Shown here: in pieces, positions 35,704 through 45,197 of the stretch
How positions within the stretch are numbered: position 1 is the stretch's first letter
Layout: each line of letters begins with the position of its first letter
NCBI GenBank assembly: GCA_964507335.1
Contig: CAZDPK010000003.1
Span: forward strand, 1,262 to 65,261
DNA from: an uncultured Anaerolineaceae bacterium
GTDB taxonomy: Bacteria > Chloroflexota > Anaerolineae > Anaerolineales > Anaerolineaceae
DNA: 64,000 bases
Reading direction: 5' to 3'
Translations under genes and position numbers: made by a program
The notes under the pieces: generated by a model
The model's input: only the letters and a program-made list of their open reading frames with translations
Told to the model about the DNA's origin: nothing
Database searches by the model: none

Positions 35704-36408
35704 ATGATTGAACCAGAGGCGTTGGCGAAATTAAGGGAGCATTTACCCGAGAATTTCAATAATATTTTTATGCTTACAAGGGCTTTGTCCCACCGTTCTT
35801 ATTTGAATGAAAACAGGGAAGTGTTAGAGGATAACGAACGCCTTGAGTTTTTGGGCGACTCCATCCTTAGCTTTATCGTTGCAGAATGGCTCTACAATAA
35901 CTTTCCAGAAAAAGATGAAGGTTTCCTGACAAAAGTACGAGCTGCACTGGTGCACACCCAACAGCTTTCTTCTTTTGCACGGCGGATCGAGCTTGGTCCA
36001 GCTTTGTTGGTGGGACGGGGTGAAGCCAATGCAGGAGGTCGAAACCGCGATGCAATTTTGTGTGATGCGTTCGAAGCACTCATCGCAGCTATTTACCTGG
36101 ATTGTGGACTGCAGACTGTCAAGGAATTTATCATTCCTCTGCTCGAGTCGGAATCAGAAGAGATTCTCCGCTCCCACTCAGAGGAGGATGTTAAAAGCAG
36201 ATTGCAGGAATGGGCTCAGGCACAGGGTTTTCCTGCCCCTGGCTACGTTCTTGTGGATGAATATGGACCAGACCACGATAAACGTTTTGTCGTGGTTGCA
36301 ATGATCAATAACAATAAAATTGCCCAGGGCAGAGGATCTTCAAAACAACTTGCAGAGAAGAACGCTGCGCAAAACAGCATCAAAAAATTGGGAATTAACT
36401 CGCTATGA
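35704..36408 (+). CDS. rnc: Ribonuclease III
   Basis: NERLEFLGDSIL catalytic motif and a C-terminal dsRBD (GPDHDKRF...GSSKQLAEKNAA). Confidence 0.95.
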   Translation: MIEPEALAKLREHLPENFNNIFMLTRALSHRSYLNENREVLEDNERLEFLGDSILSFIVAEWLYNNFPEKDEGFLTKVRAALVHTQQLSSFARRIELGPALLVGRGEANAGGRNRDAILCDAFEALIAAIYLDCGLQTVKEFIIPLLESESEEILRSHSEEDVKSRLQEWAQAQGFPAPGYVLVDEYGPDHDKRFVVVAMINNNKIAQGRGSSKQLAEKNAAQNSIKKLGINSL

Positions 36409-39400
36409 ACAAGTCAAATTTTGCCGGCTTAGATTTACAGGGTTACAAAACCTTTGCAAGAGAGACCAACCTGGTTTTCCCCTCCAGGATCACAGCGATT
36501 GTTGGACCAAATGGATCGGGCAAATCAAATGTTGCAGATTCGATTCGTTGGGTTTTAGGTGAACAATCTTACTCCCTGTTGAGAGCCAAGAAAACCGAAG
36601 ATATGATCTATTCCGGTTCTGACAATCGCGCTCGTGCTGGTATGGCGGCTGTCTCGATCAAATTCGATAATATGGACAAGTGGCTGCCTATCGACTACTC
36701 GGAAGTGGTGCTGACCCGCCGTGCTTATCGCGATGGCAAGAATGAATACCTGATTAATAACCAGAGGGTTCGTCTGAAAGATTTCAACGAATTGCTTGGC
36801 AAGACTGGTTTGAGTGACCGCACCTACACTATCATCGGACAGGGTTTGGTCGATTCTGCACTCTCTATTCGTCCGGATGAACGCAGCAAGCTTTTTGAAG
36901 AGGCAGCTGGTATCGGTTTGTATCAAAGTCGAAAAGAAGAGGCTCTGCGTCGTTTGGAGACAACAGAACGCAACCTCGAAAGAGCTCTGGATATTATTGC
37001 AGAAATTAAACCCCGAGTGCGTAGTCTCGAAAAACAAGCTGCTAAGGTAGGTGAGTATAAGACCGTCCAGGATGCGCTTAAGCAGAACCTGCGTGAGTGG
37101 TATGGCTACCACTGGTTCAAAGCACTCAAGGAAGTCAACCAGACACAGCAACTGCTCAACGCTTCCGAGCTCGAGCGGCAATCAACCCGCAAGAGCTTCG
37201 AAAAAGAGCAGGCTGAAGTTAGTACCTTGCGATCGGATATTGAAACTCAGCGGAATAAAGTCAACTCTTTGATGAATGAACTTCGCGATCTTCGCGATCA
37301 GCTACAGCGTGATAATCAGAATCTGGCAATTTTGGATGAAAGAAAAAACGCTGCAGAAAAAGCCAGGATGCAGGTTGCAAATGACCTGGCAAACTTGGAA
37401 GAAGTTATTCGGGCTGCTGAAGATAATTCTCGAACCCGACGGCTGGATGAAAACAAGGTCCGTGAAGAATTGGAGACCGTTCAGAAACAATTTGAGATTC
37501 TGAGCGTGTCCAGGGCAAAAATCCTTGAACAGGAAGCCAACCTGCAAAAGCAGGAAGCCAGTTTGCGGGAGGCTCAAATTGAGGTTGAAAAGGAAGCGGT
37601 TGTTATACGCTCGCGAAAGCAAGAGATGACAGAGCGCATGCAAACATTGCAGTCGAGCCAGGCATCCATCCAGACAAATATAAACGAGCTTGACAACGAA
37701 AAAGTCAAGTTGGACACTGTCATCAGTCAATTGACCCAAAAGATACAGTTGGCAGAGGAGGAACTGCTCGATCTGAAAAAGGAGACCAACCAGGTTGTCG
37801 AAGAACGCACAAAAATCGCGAAGGAGTTGGATTCTTATCAGCAGAGCAGTCATAAACTTGATTTGGATAAAAACCGGGTAAAGAACCGACTGGAGCTGTT
37901 AAAACAAAGTCGTGAAAGCCTGGCAGGGTTCTCTGACGGTGCCAAGAGTTTGCTGAAATCCAGCCGGGAGAAGAAACTTCGCAGTGAGTTGACCGATCTC
38001 GCTACTCATATTGAAGTCCCAGAAGAATATGAAACTGCCATCAGCGCGGCTCTGGGTGAAGCTGTGGATGTACTCGTCATTAAAGATGGGACCCTGGGCT
38101 CGAAACTGGTAGAAGAATTTTCAGTGAGCCTTCAGGATCGGGTTGCTGTTTTAAGCCATGATTCTGTTTCAAAAAATGTAGTTGCAAAAGATCTGATAGA
38201 AGGATTGATTGTAGCCAGCCAGGTTGTAAAAACTGAACCAACCCTTCGCGCCGTGGTGGACTTATTATTGGACGATTTTGTCATAACTGATGATATCAAG
38301 GCTGCATTTACCGGTCGCGAGAATCATCCTGATCTGAACTTTGTTACGTTGGCTGGTGAAGTATTACTGAAAAATGGGATTGCCATCATTGGTAAGGCAA
38401 ACCAGAGCAGTAAAGTGAGTTACACCCGTATGGTCAAGGAACTGACCAACGAACTCGATGAGGTGGTCTCTTCTGCTGAAAAAATCACAAAAGTTATCGA
38501 ACAATTAACCGCGAAACTCAAATCAGCCGAAGACAAGATCAGCTCAAACCAACGCCAGCAAGAGAAAAAACAAAACTCCCGGGACAACCTGGTTAAAGAA
38601 ATGCAGGCAGCCAGCCTTGCTCTCGAAAAGAATCGGAATAGAGTCGGTTGGATCGAACGTCAGAGAAATGAAAACCAGACGTTGCAAGATGGAATTGAGC
38701 AAAACCTAGAAAAACTCATCCAATTAGAGCAGGAAAATCAACAGAGAGTAGACACGCTGCAATCCCAGCACAAAGAATTACGACAAAAACGTGCAGAGTT
38801 TCAACCCCAGGATATCGAAAATCAGTATCGCTACCTTGAAACTGAAAAGCAGATGCTTACGCAATCACTAAGTCACCTGCAGGAAACGCAAATGTCTGAA
38901 AACAGGCGTCTTGAAGCAGACAGAGTTCGAAAAGACAGTTTCCAGGCACGCATCAATGAACAAGTTGCCACGTTGAGTGACCTGGACAAACAGATTGCAA
39001 CCTTAATTGAAAGCATAGAGCGCGATCAGGAGCAGATAAGCAGTTTACAAACCAGCTCACTTGATCCGGAGCTCGAAACTCTGCGGGAACTCGAAAAACA
39101 AAGTCGCCAGTATACGGAAGCTGAATCGGGGAACCAGCTAACTTTGACGGAAAAAGACCGCCAGGTGATTCACTACCAATTGGAATTAGCTCATCAACAA
39201 GAACGGCTCGAAAACCTGAAAACCCGTATCGATGACGATTTCAGTCTAATTGAGATGGAATATCGGAAAGAATACACCCAATCGGTACCTTTACCATTTC
39301 CTGACCTGGTCATTGACACTTTGCCTGAGATTGCCGAGGTTCCTGAGACGCTTGCGGAAACAATCAAACAATTAAAAGTCCAGATTCGACGGATTGGTAC

Positions 39401-40010
39401 TGTCAACATGGAAGCTGATCAGGAATATCAGGAAGTAAAGGCACGTCATGACAGCCTGACAACCCAAGTCGCTGACCTGACAGCTGCTTTGTTGGATATA
39501 GAGCAAATGATCAAAGAGCTTGACAAGGTAATGAGATCGGAATTTTTAAAGACCTTTAATGCTGTCAGCACCGAATTCACGCACATGTTCTCGCGACTAT
39601 TTAATGGCGGCTCAGCCAAGCTTCTTTTAGGAGACGAGGATTCTCCGATTGATGGAGGCATTGAGATCGAAGCCAGACTTCCAGGAAAAAGGGAACAAGG
39701 TTTGGTGCTGCTCTCAGGCGGTGAACGCAGTCTGACGGCGGTGGCATTGGTTTTTGCACTACTCAAAGTCTCTCCGACGCCATTTTGTGTGCTCGACGAG
39801 GTGGATGCAATGCTTGATGAATCCAATGTTGGTCGCTTTATTGAACTGCTAAAGGATCTATCCAGCGAAACCCAATTCATTCTCATCACTCATAACCGCA
39901 ACACAGTTTCTGCAGCAGATGTGATTTATGGCGTGACAATGGGTAAAGATTCTGCCAGCCAGGTGATCAGCCTGCGTCTTGATGAGGTGGATGAAAGCTT
40001 TGTGAGATAA
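36405..40010 (+). CDS. smc: Chromosome segregation protein SMC
   Basis: Walker A GPNGSGKSN, long coiled coils with a central hinge, the LSGGE signature (LLSGGERSL) and Walker B CVLDEVDAMLD. 1201 aa. ATGA overlap with rnc. Confidence 0.96.
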   Translation: MNKSNFAGLDLQGYKTFARETNLVFPSRITAIVGPNGSGKSNVADSIRWVLGEQSYSLLRAKKTEDMIYSGSDNRARAGMAAVSIKFDNMDKWLPIDYSEVVLTRRAYRDGKNEYLINNQRVRLKDFNELLGKTGLSDRTYTIIGQGLVDSALSIRPDERSKLFEEAAGIGLYQSRKEEALRRLETTERNLERALDIIAEIKPRVRSLEKQAAKVGEYKTVQDALKQNLREWYGYHWFKALKEVNQTQQLLNASELERQSTRKSFEKEQAEVSTLRSDIETQRNKVNSLMNELRDLRDQLQRDNQNLAILDERKNAAEKARMQVANDLANLEEVIRAAEDNSRTRRLDENKVREELETVQKQFEILSVSRAKILEQEANLQKQEASLREAQIEVEKEAVVIRSRKQEMTERMQTLQSSQASIQTNINELDNEKVKLDTVISQLTQKIQLAEEELLDLKKETNQVVEERTKIAKELDSYQQSSHKLDLDKNRVKNRLELLKQSRESLAGFSDGAKSLLKSSREKKLRSELTDLATHIEVPEEYETAISAALGEAVDVLVIKDGTLGSKLVEEFSVSLQDRVAVLSHDSVSKNVVAKDLIEGLIVASQVVKTEPTLRAVVDLLLDDFVITDDIKAAFTGRENHPDLNFVTLAGEVLLKNGIAIIGKANQSSKVSYTRMVKELTNELDEVVSSAEKITKVIEQLTAKLKSAEDKISSNQRQQEKKQNSRDNLVKEMQAASLALEKNRNRVGWIERQRNENQTLQDGIEQNLEKLIQLEQENQQRVDTLQSQHKELRQKRAEFQPQDIENQYRYLETEKQMLTQSLSHLQETQMSENRRLEADRVRKDSFQARINEQVATLSDLDKQIATLIESIERDQEQISSLQTSSLDPELETLRELEKQSRQYTEAESGNQLTLTEKDRQVIHYQLELAHQQERLENLKTRIDDDFSLIEMEYRKEYTQSVPLPFPDLVIDTLPEIAEVPETLAETIKQLKVQIRRIGTVNMEADQEYQEVKARHDSLTTQVADLTAALLDIEQMIKELDKVMRSEFLKTFNAVSTEFTHMFSRLFNGGSAKLLLGDEDSPIDGGIEIEARLPGKREQGLVLLSGGERSLTAVALVFALLKVSPTPFCVLDEVDAMLDESNVGRFIELLKDLSSETQFILITHNRNTVSAADVIYGVTMGKDSASQVISLRLDEVDESFVR

Positions 40011-40115
40011 AAAGAAATCTGCCATTCTGAGAGAGTCAAAGAATCATTTCTTCCCCGGGAAATCTTTAACCAAACCTTCCTGAACGAGCAGTAATAGAAA
40101 AATAAATTAAACAAA

Positions 40116-40140
40116 ATACACCGGCGATTTGCCGGTGTAT
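40116..40140. terminator. Bidirectional Rho-independent terminator between convergent smc and the PPIase gene
   Basis: Perfect 10-bp stem atacaccggc / gccggtgtat with loop gattt. It is flanked by an A-run upstream and T-rich sequence downstream. Confidence 0.75.
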
Positions 40141-40163
40141 TTAATTAAGCTTGGTCGTCCAGG

Positions 40164-41531
40164 TTAATTACCCTCAGTGTTAGGGCTTATAACGTAATTG
40201 TATAAATCATCAGGGACGGCAGGGACCTCTGGAGCAAACTCAGTCCAAACATCCTCGATCACGATATCGTCACGAGAAGTACGAATTTCCTCAAGCCAAT
40301 TTGAGAAGAAATTCTGCTTGATTTGAGTAAACTTAGCGCTGGTAACCGGATTGGTTGCCTTGGTCACAAGTTGAATCAGATGCCAGCCAAATTGAGACTG
40401 TACCGGATCACTGATTTGTCCATCCTCATTCAAAGCAAAAGCACCGGCTAGGAAGTCAGGATCGTAGCTGTCGTCGGGTCCGATCCAACCTAAATCACCA
40501 CCATTGTTTTTGTTGGATTCGTCAGTTGAAAATTCAATTGCGAGAGCAAGCCAATCTTCACCAGCATCAAGTTTTGCTTTTACTTCGTTAGCAACTTCTT
40601 CACTATCTACCAGAATGTGGCGTACCCACACCTGCTCTTCGACAGGTTCCAGGTCCTTAGTTACGTCTTCTAACAGTTTGTCACGCAATAGACCGTTGTA
40701 GAGGATCTCTTCGATGTCGCTCCTGGTGATACCATAGATCGAAAGTGAATCGATATAATCTTTTACTTCCTTGTTAAATAAACGCTCAGTAAAAGGTGTG
40801 GGTGTCGGAGGATCGGTCGGAACAGCAGTTGCGGTCGGTTCGGGTCCATCAGTTGGTTGAACAGTCGCTGTAGCTGGAACTTCGGTTGGAAACCCTTCAG
40901 GTAATTCCGTTGCTGTTGGAACCCAGCCTTCCGGAGTTTCGGTAGGGGTGGCCGAAGGTTCAGGCGTATCGGTTGGGTTGATCAGCGCAAATTGTGAAGC
41001 TGACCAGGTTGGGGTATAAACCGGGGTAGATGTTATCGTTGGCGTGTAGGTACCTTCGGGGTAGAAACGGAATTGCTCACGTATCTCCCGTTCAAGATCT
41101 TCATCGCTAACAACGACATTACGCTTTGCAGCTTCTTCCCGAATCAGGACTTCGTCAACTAATTGGTTCAATACATTCTCGCCAACGATGGTCGGATCCT
41201 TCATTTGGAGCAGCAAGGAAAGTGCATATTGTTTTCCCGTTTCGCCAAAATAGTTGACATATTGGGTTGCCTGGTTCAGCATATTCATACGTGAATAGGT
41301 TGTGCTGCTTCGGAACTCGCCAGCTTTGATTTCAGTTTCGCCCACACGGGCAACTGTGACGTTGGGTTTAATGATATAACGGTCAACCAAAACATAACCC
41401 AGTAAGACCAAAACCAATGCCAAAATCACAATGGTCACGGTTACTGCGGCTTTGACCTGCTTTTCTTCTTGTTGCTTTCTTGCCAGATGTTTTTTGGTCA
41501 CCTTATGAGGCGTTTGTGGTTTTGTAGCCAT
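40164..41531 (-). CDS. Membrane-anchored parvulin-type peptidyl-prolyl isomerase (SurA/PrsA-like) with a Pro/Thr-rich insert
   Basis: N-terminal TM helix (AAVTVTIVILALVLVLLGYVLV), a SurA_N-like region and a PpiC domain (VRHILVDSEE...GGDLGWI...FGWHLIQ). Confidence 0.85.
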   Translation of the reverse strand: MATKPQTPHKVTKKHLARKQQEEKQVKAAVTVTIVILALVLVLLGYVLVDRYIIKPNVTVARVGETEIKAGEFRSSTTYSRMNMLNQATQYVNYFGETGKQYALSLLLQMKDPTIVGENVLNQLVDEVLIREEAAKRNVVVSDEDLEREIREQFRFYPEGTYTPTITSTPVYTPTWSASQFALINPTDTPEPSATPTETPEGWVPTATELPEGFPTEVPATATVQPTDGPEPTATAVPTDPPTPTPFTERLFNKEVKDYIDSLSIYGITRSDIEEILYNGLLRDKLLEDVTKDLEPVEEQVWVRHILVDSEEVANEVKAKLDAGEDWLALAIEFSTDESNKNNGGDLGWIGPDDSYDPDFLAGAFALNEDGQISDPVQSQFGWHLIQLVTKATNPVTSAKFTQIKQNFFSNWLEEIRTSRDDIVIEDVWTEFAPEVPAVPDDLYNYVISPNTEGN

Positions 41532-41553
41532 ATCAACTCTTTCTCAATGGTAA

Positions 41554-41883
41554 CTAATTATTGTTTTCTACCCAGAAATCACCTTCGAAAGGAAGTAAGG
41601 CGATATGTCGGGCGTTCTTAATAGCCTTCGCGACTTCTCGCTGATGTCTGGCGCAAGTACCAGTCTGGCGGCGGGGTCGGATCTTACCAGTTTCATTGAT
41701 AAACCGGCCTAACAATTCCACATTTTTGTAATCAATAGCCAGTTTCTTGTCACTGCAGAACTGGCAGAATTTGGGTCGGGATACGAAACGGCGGTTGCGG
41801 TTGGCTCCGCCTTCGCGGCGATCATTACCGCGGTCGTTGCGATCATTTCGATCGCCTCGGTCATTGGATCTATATTCAGTCAT
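41554..41883 (-). CDS. rpsR: 30S ribosomal protein S18 with an Arg/Asp/Asn-rich N-terminal extension
   Basis: [60 protein letters not shown]. Confidence 0.93.
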   Translation of the reverse strand: MTEYRSNDRGDRNDRNDRGNDRREGGANRNRRFVSRPKFCQFCSDKKLAIDYKNVELLGRFINETGKIRPRRQTGTCARHQREVAKAIKNARHIALLPFEGDFWVENNN

Positions 41884-41895
41884 TCTTCCTCCAGA

Positions 41896-42180
41896 TTAAT
41901 CAATGCGAACTACGCTAGAGCGTAAGATTTGTTCATTGAAGCCAATTGTGCGCTTGAGTGCGGCAACTTCTTCAGGCTTGTAGTCAAAATTGACCAGAAC
42001 ATAATAGCCTTCGTTCGTTTTGCGAATGGGATAAGCCAGTTTGCGTTTTCCCCAACGTTCGGTCTTGGCGATTTCGCCTTGATTATTCTTGATAAGGGTT
42101 TCGATGTTTTCGACAGCAGCGTCCAGCGTTGCTTCGTCCAGGTCTGCCTGGAGAATAAATATAAGTTCGTATTTATGCAT
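41896..42180 (-). CDS. rpsF: 30S ribosomal protein S6
   Basis: MHKYELIFILQADLDE...ERWGKRKLAYPI. Start taken at ATG 42180 (RBS GGAAAGGAG) rather than at the ORF-track start of 42261. Confidence 0.92.
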   Translation of the reverse strand: MHKYELIFILQADLDEATLDAAVENIETLIKNNQGEIAKTERWGKRKLAYPIRKTNEGYYVLVNFDYKPEEVAALKRTIGFNEQILRSSVVRID

Positions 42181-42429
42181 ACTTCGAGGCTCCTTTCCTC
42201 GGGTTTGCTCCTGCTGATGCCGTAGGCGGGCAGGAGTGGAAGGTTTTAATTTTCGGCTCAAGCCGAATTTAACAGAGCAAGTTTATCACAAACGGGAAAT
42301 CTTGCAAGGAATTTCGAATTTCGCCAAATTAGTTGATAGTCGCAGAAAAAAAAGCAAGTAATCAAATTGTAAACTGTCATGGTGGATTTTGCTTCCACCA
42401 TGACGATTGGATGAACCTTTTTTCAAAGG

Positions 42430-42810
42430 CTAGTCATTGTCCTTATCTCTTCTGCTCGATTTGTCATTTGCAAACAACATGGTAGCGATACTGACAATCA
42501 GGGAGCCCAGGAAAGCCGCCAACCAACTATCCACAGTGTATCCAGCTCCGAACCATGCTTGAGAGATGTTGGACGAAAGCATAAACATAGCTGCATTCAA
42601 AACCAGGCTGAAAAGCCCAAGCGTCAGGATGATCAACCCACACGAAAGTGTTTTGAGAATGGGTAATAGAATCGCATTGAGCAAGGCAAGAACGGCTGCC
42701 ATGATCGCATAAGCTGCCCATCCACCACCAGTTACCTGAATACCGGGAACGAGCCAGGCAGCAACAAATACTGCCAGCATGATAACAATCCATCTTTTAA
42801 GTAAATTCAT
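42430..42810 (-). CDS. Small four-TM membrane protein, Phage_holin_4_2/DUF360 (YvlD-like) family
   Basis: MNLLKRWIVIMLAVFVAAWLVPGIQV...LNAILLPILKTLSCGLIILTLGLFSLVLNA. Start taken at ATG 42810. Confidence 0.6.
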   Translation of the reverse strand: MNLLKRWIVIMLAVFVAAWLVPGIQVTGGGWAAYAIMAAVLALLNAILLPILKTLSCGLIILTLGLFSLVLNAAMFMLSSNISQAWFGAGYTVDSWLAAFLGSLIVSIATMLFANDKSSRRDKDND

Positions 42811-43006
42811 AATGTTCCTTTCTACTATGGTTTTATTATCACCCAAATTTTGATTGTGGGCAGTATATTATCTAAGGTTGTTGCTGTACTTGTTTCTTTA
42901 TTCTGCAAAGTAGAAACTTATGTCACAGGCAACCCAATGGGTGAACTCTAAGATCAAAATTATTCGCATGTCACCTTGGAATGACAACTAAGAGATAAAA
43001 ATAAAG

Positions 43007-43079
43007 TACCCCCGGTGCGATTCGAACGCACAACCAACAGCTTAGAAGGCTGGTGCTCTGTCCATTGAGCTACGGGGGC
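43007..43079 (-). tRNA. tRNA-Arg (anticodon TCT)
   Basis: Hand-folded cloverleaf. Acceptor GCCCCCG/CGGGGGT, D-arm GCTC/GAGC, anticodon loop CTTCTAA, T-arm GTGCG-TTCGAAT-CGCAC. 73 nt, CCA not encoded. Confidence 0.88.
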
Positions 43080-43111
43080 AAGGTGGTTGATTATACTATC
43101 AACAAAAAAGA

Positions 43112-43534
43112 TCAGACAGGGCGGATTCCCTTATAAACTCGTGTTGAACCAATCGTGCTCAGAATTGTCATCGCAGGTTTTCGTGTGATTTCAGCAAGTT
43201 CATCAGAATTCATAGGCTGATTGTCTTTGCTGAGAAATACCTTGAAAATGGAATCGACCAGTGGGGAATTGGCTGTAATAAAATCTTCCTGACGGGCACA
43301 ATGGGTGATCAATGTGTAAATGAGGGCGTCGCCTTTGGTGACTTCACCGGTGTTGGGATCTACCAAATCCAGCAAGGCTTCATCGTCGATTTGTGCAAAT
43401 GCTTCCCTATGCTCCGGACATAAAAAAGTTAATAAAGAGCTACGCCAATTGCGATCCTGAGATTTCCACCAATCAAAATCAATGCGAAATTTTGTACTCC
43501 TGTTCGGTTTCATCAAACTGGATTTATTTAGCAT
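43112..43534 (-). CDS. Hypothetical protein, 140 aa
   Basis: Long ORF with coding-like composition, 9 nt downstream of the 529-aa ORF. I recognise no family motif. Confidence 0.6.
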   Translation of the reverse strand: MLNKSSLMKPNRSTKFRIDFDWWKSQDRNWRSSLLTFLCPEHREAFAQIDDEALLDLVDPNTGEVTKGDALIYTLITHCARQEDFITANSPLVDSIFKVFLSKDNQPMNSDELAEITRKPAMTILSTIGSTRVYKGIRPV

Positions 43535-43542
43535 TGATCCTC

Positions 43543-45132
43543 CTATACTTTCTCAGTGATATGGTAGTAGTGGTCCCCTACATGGAAGAATTCTTCACTC
43601 GAACGTAACACGTTGAGCAGATCCATCGGTGCCACCCGGCGAATCACGTTCATTGCGGCGTATAAATCCACAAAGTGGACATGTCGCTGGTTGTTTAACT
43701 TTGACAATTCTGCCATCATCCGCATGATATCAGTTTTTAAAACAGGTGTCTTTGATTGGCGGTTCTTCCATACTTCGTCCAATCCGTTAACATCCGTGAT
43801 GGCAATTGCCATGCGTTCGTTAAAGCCAGCTGAGATTGGCTGCCTGAGTAGTGCAAATACCAACCCGCCATCAGCGCCAACAAGCACTGTTTTAATCCAT
43901 TCCTTGTTTGATCGTTTTTTCTGTGGCTGGATTTTCATCACACCCGGGTTAGCTGTTCGTGAAATTTCGATGATACTGCCGGGGATCAGGTTCTTTTCTT
44001 CGTACCAATCGCGCAGCCCAATCACATAATTATGGTCACGCACAATCCAAGCCGATATTGGCTGCTGGGTTTGTTCGTCAATGAAGGCTACTTTGATTGT
44101 GTGGGATTCGAGGGCAGAAGGCAAGACCTGGTTTGTCAGTGGTGTTACGGGCAGGCTGCCAGCCCGCCAATGTGGATATGTCAGAGTTATCGAGATTTTA
44201 TCAGTCGATTCAGCGTCATTAATATCTTCAGCGGAGAAAGAGAGTTCATCATCCAACTCGTCAAGAAGTTGGTATGTGATGTCATCCAGATCATTTGAGA
44301 CGAGCGATAGTCCTTCAGAGCGAAGAAAAACTGGTGTTTCCAGAACTTCAGCTGGCTCAAGCCGGCGAAGGAACCAGGAGAACTGACCGGTTGTACCGAC
44401 TTCATCAAAACGAGGATCTTCCTGGAGGGCGTAATTCAGGGAAAACTCGAGCAGTTTCTGGTTTTCGTCACTTTCTGTGAGTTCAAGCTGCTGCATCAAC
44501 TCCTGAATATTGATTGGACCGCCTGACATGGAGTCGAGGATTGCCTCGGCAATATTAAGGTGCCCAGTACCCAAATCGATCAGGAGCGAACGAGGAAACC
44601 ATTTGTCACCAATTCGGATGAGATCATTTTGTTCTTCGAGGGCGGTTCGCAGGGAGGTGATGATGCTGCGCCCCTGCAGTTTCATGATCGATTCTACGCT
44701 CTGTTCTTCATCAGGTGTGCTCTGATAATTTTTTTGATTGAGCGGATGATCTCCTAAGCCAGCGGCAAACTCATTCGTGGTACCATCTTCAAACTCGACC
44801 TGCATCACCTGGAAGGTTCCTAAGCCTGGGTTATCCCCGTCGCGTATTGCCATAACGACACCAGAAGCGCCATCTAATTCAGGGAAATTCAGTTTGTCAC
44901 CAGGTTGGTAAATATCCTTTGGGAAGTAAGTTAAACCAGCCTTGGCTTTACGAGAAGCCTCTTCTGATGCAAGCACTTCCAGACGGTGGTTGATCAGAAC
45001 CCGGCTGAGATTATTTATAGAGAGAGGTTCTTCCGTTTCGAATAAATAATTGGTAAGATATTGAAGGTCTTCTGGACAAATCTCAAACTTTTCCCAATAG
45101 TTTAGTTTCTTTTTGTTGGGTAAAACGGTCAT
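43543..45132 (-). CDS. Hypothetical protein, 529 aa, acidic and soluble
   Basis: Long uninterrupted ORF with no TM segment, no Walker A and no nuclease or peptidase motif that I can see. Confidence 0.65.
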   Translation of the reverse strand: MTVLPNKKKLNYWEKFEICPEDLQYLTNYLFETEEPLSINNLSRVLINHRLEVLASEEASRKAKAGLTYFPKDIYQPGDKLNFPELDGASGVVMAIRDGDNPGLGTFQVMQVEFEDGTTNEFAAGLGDHPLNQKNYQSTPDEEQSVESIMKLQGRSIITSLRTALEEQNDLIRIGDKWFPRSLLIDLGTGHLNIAEAILDSMSGGPINIQELMQQLELTESDENQKLLEFSLNYALQEDPRFDEVGTTGQFSWFLRRLEPAEVLETPVFLRSEGLSLVSNDLDDITYQLLDELDDELSFSAEDINDAESTDKISITLTYPHWRAGSLPVTPLTNQVLPSALESHTIKVAFIDEQTQQPISAWIVRDHNYVIGLRDWYEEKNLIPGSIIEISRTANPGVMKIQPQKKRSNKEWIKTVLVGADGGLVFALLRQPISAGFNERMAIAITDVNGLDEVWKNRQSKTPVLKTDIMRMMAELSKLNNQRHVHFVDLYAAMNVIRRVAPMDLLNVLRSSEEFFHVGDHYYHITEKV

Positions 45133-45197
45133 AAAATCCTCTTAGAAATCAAGTATTATTAGATTATACATTAAATAAACAGAGAGACAATCAAAAG

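Noticed and set aside
42430-45132. Genomic island or prophage remnant integrated at tRNA-Arg (holin-family gene on one side, unknown genes on the other).
   Set aside because: There is no integrase, recombinase or phage structural gene. I noticed no direct repeat of the tRNA 3' end and no visible compositional shift. The holin-family (DUF360/YvlD-like) protein is a common chromosomal membrane protein.
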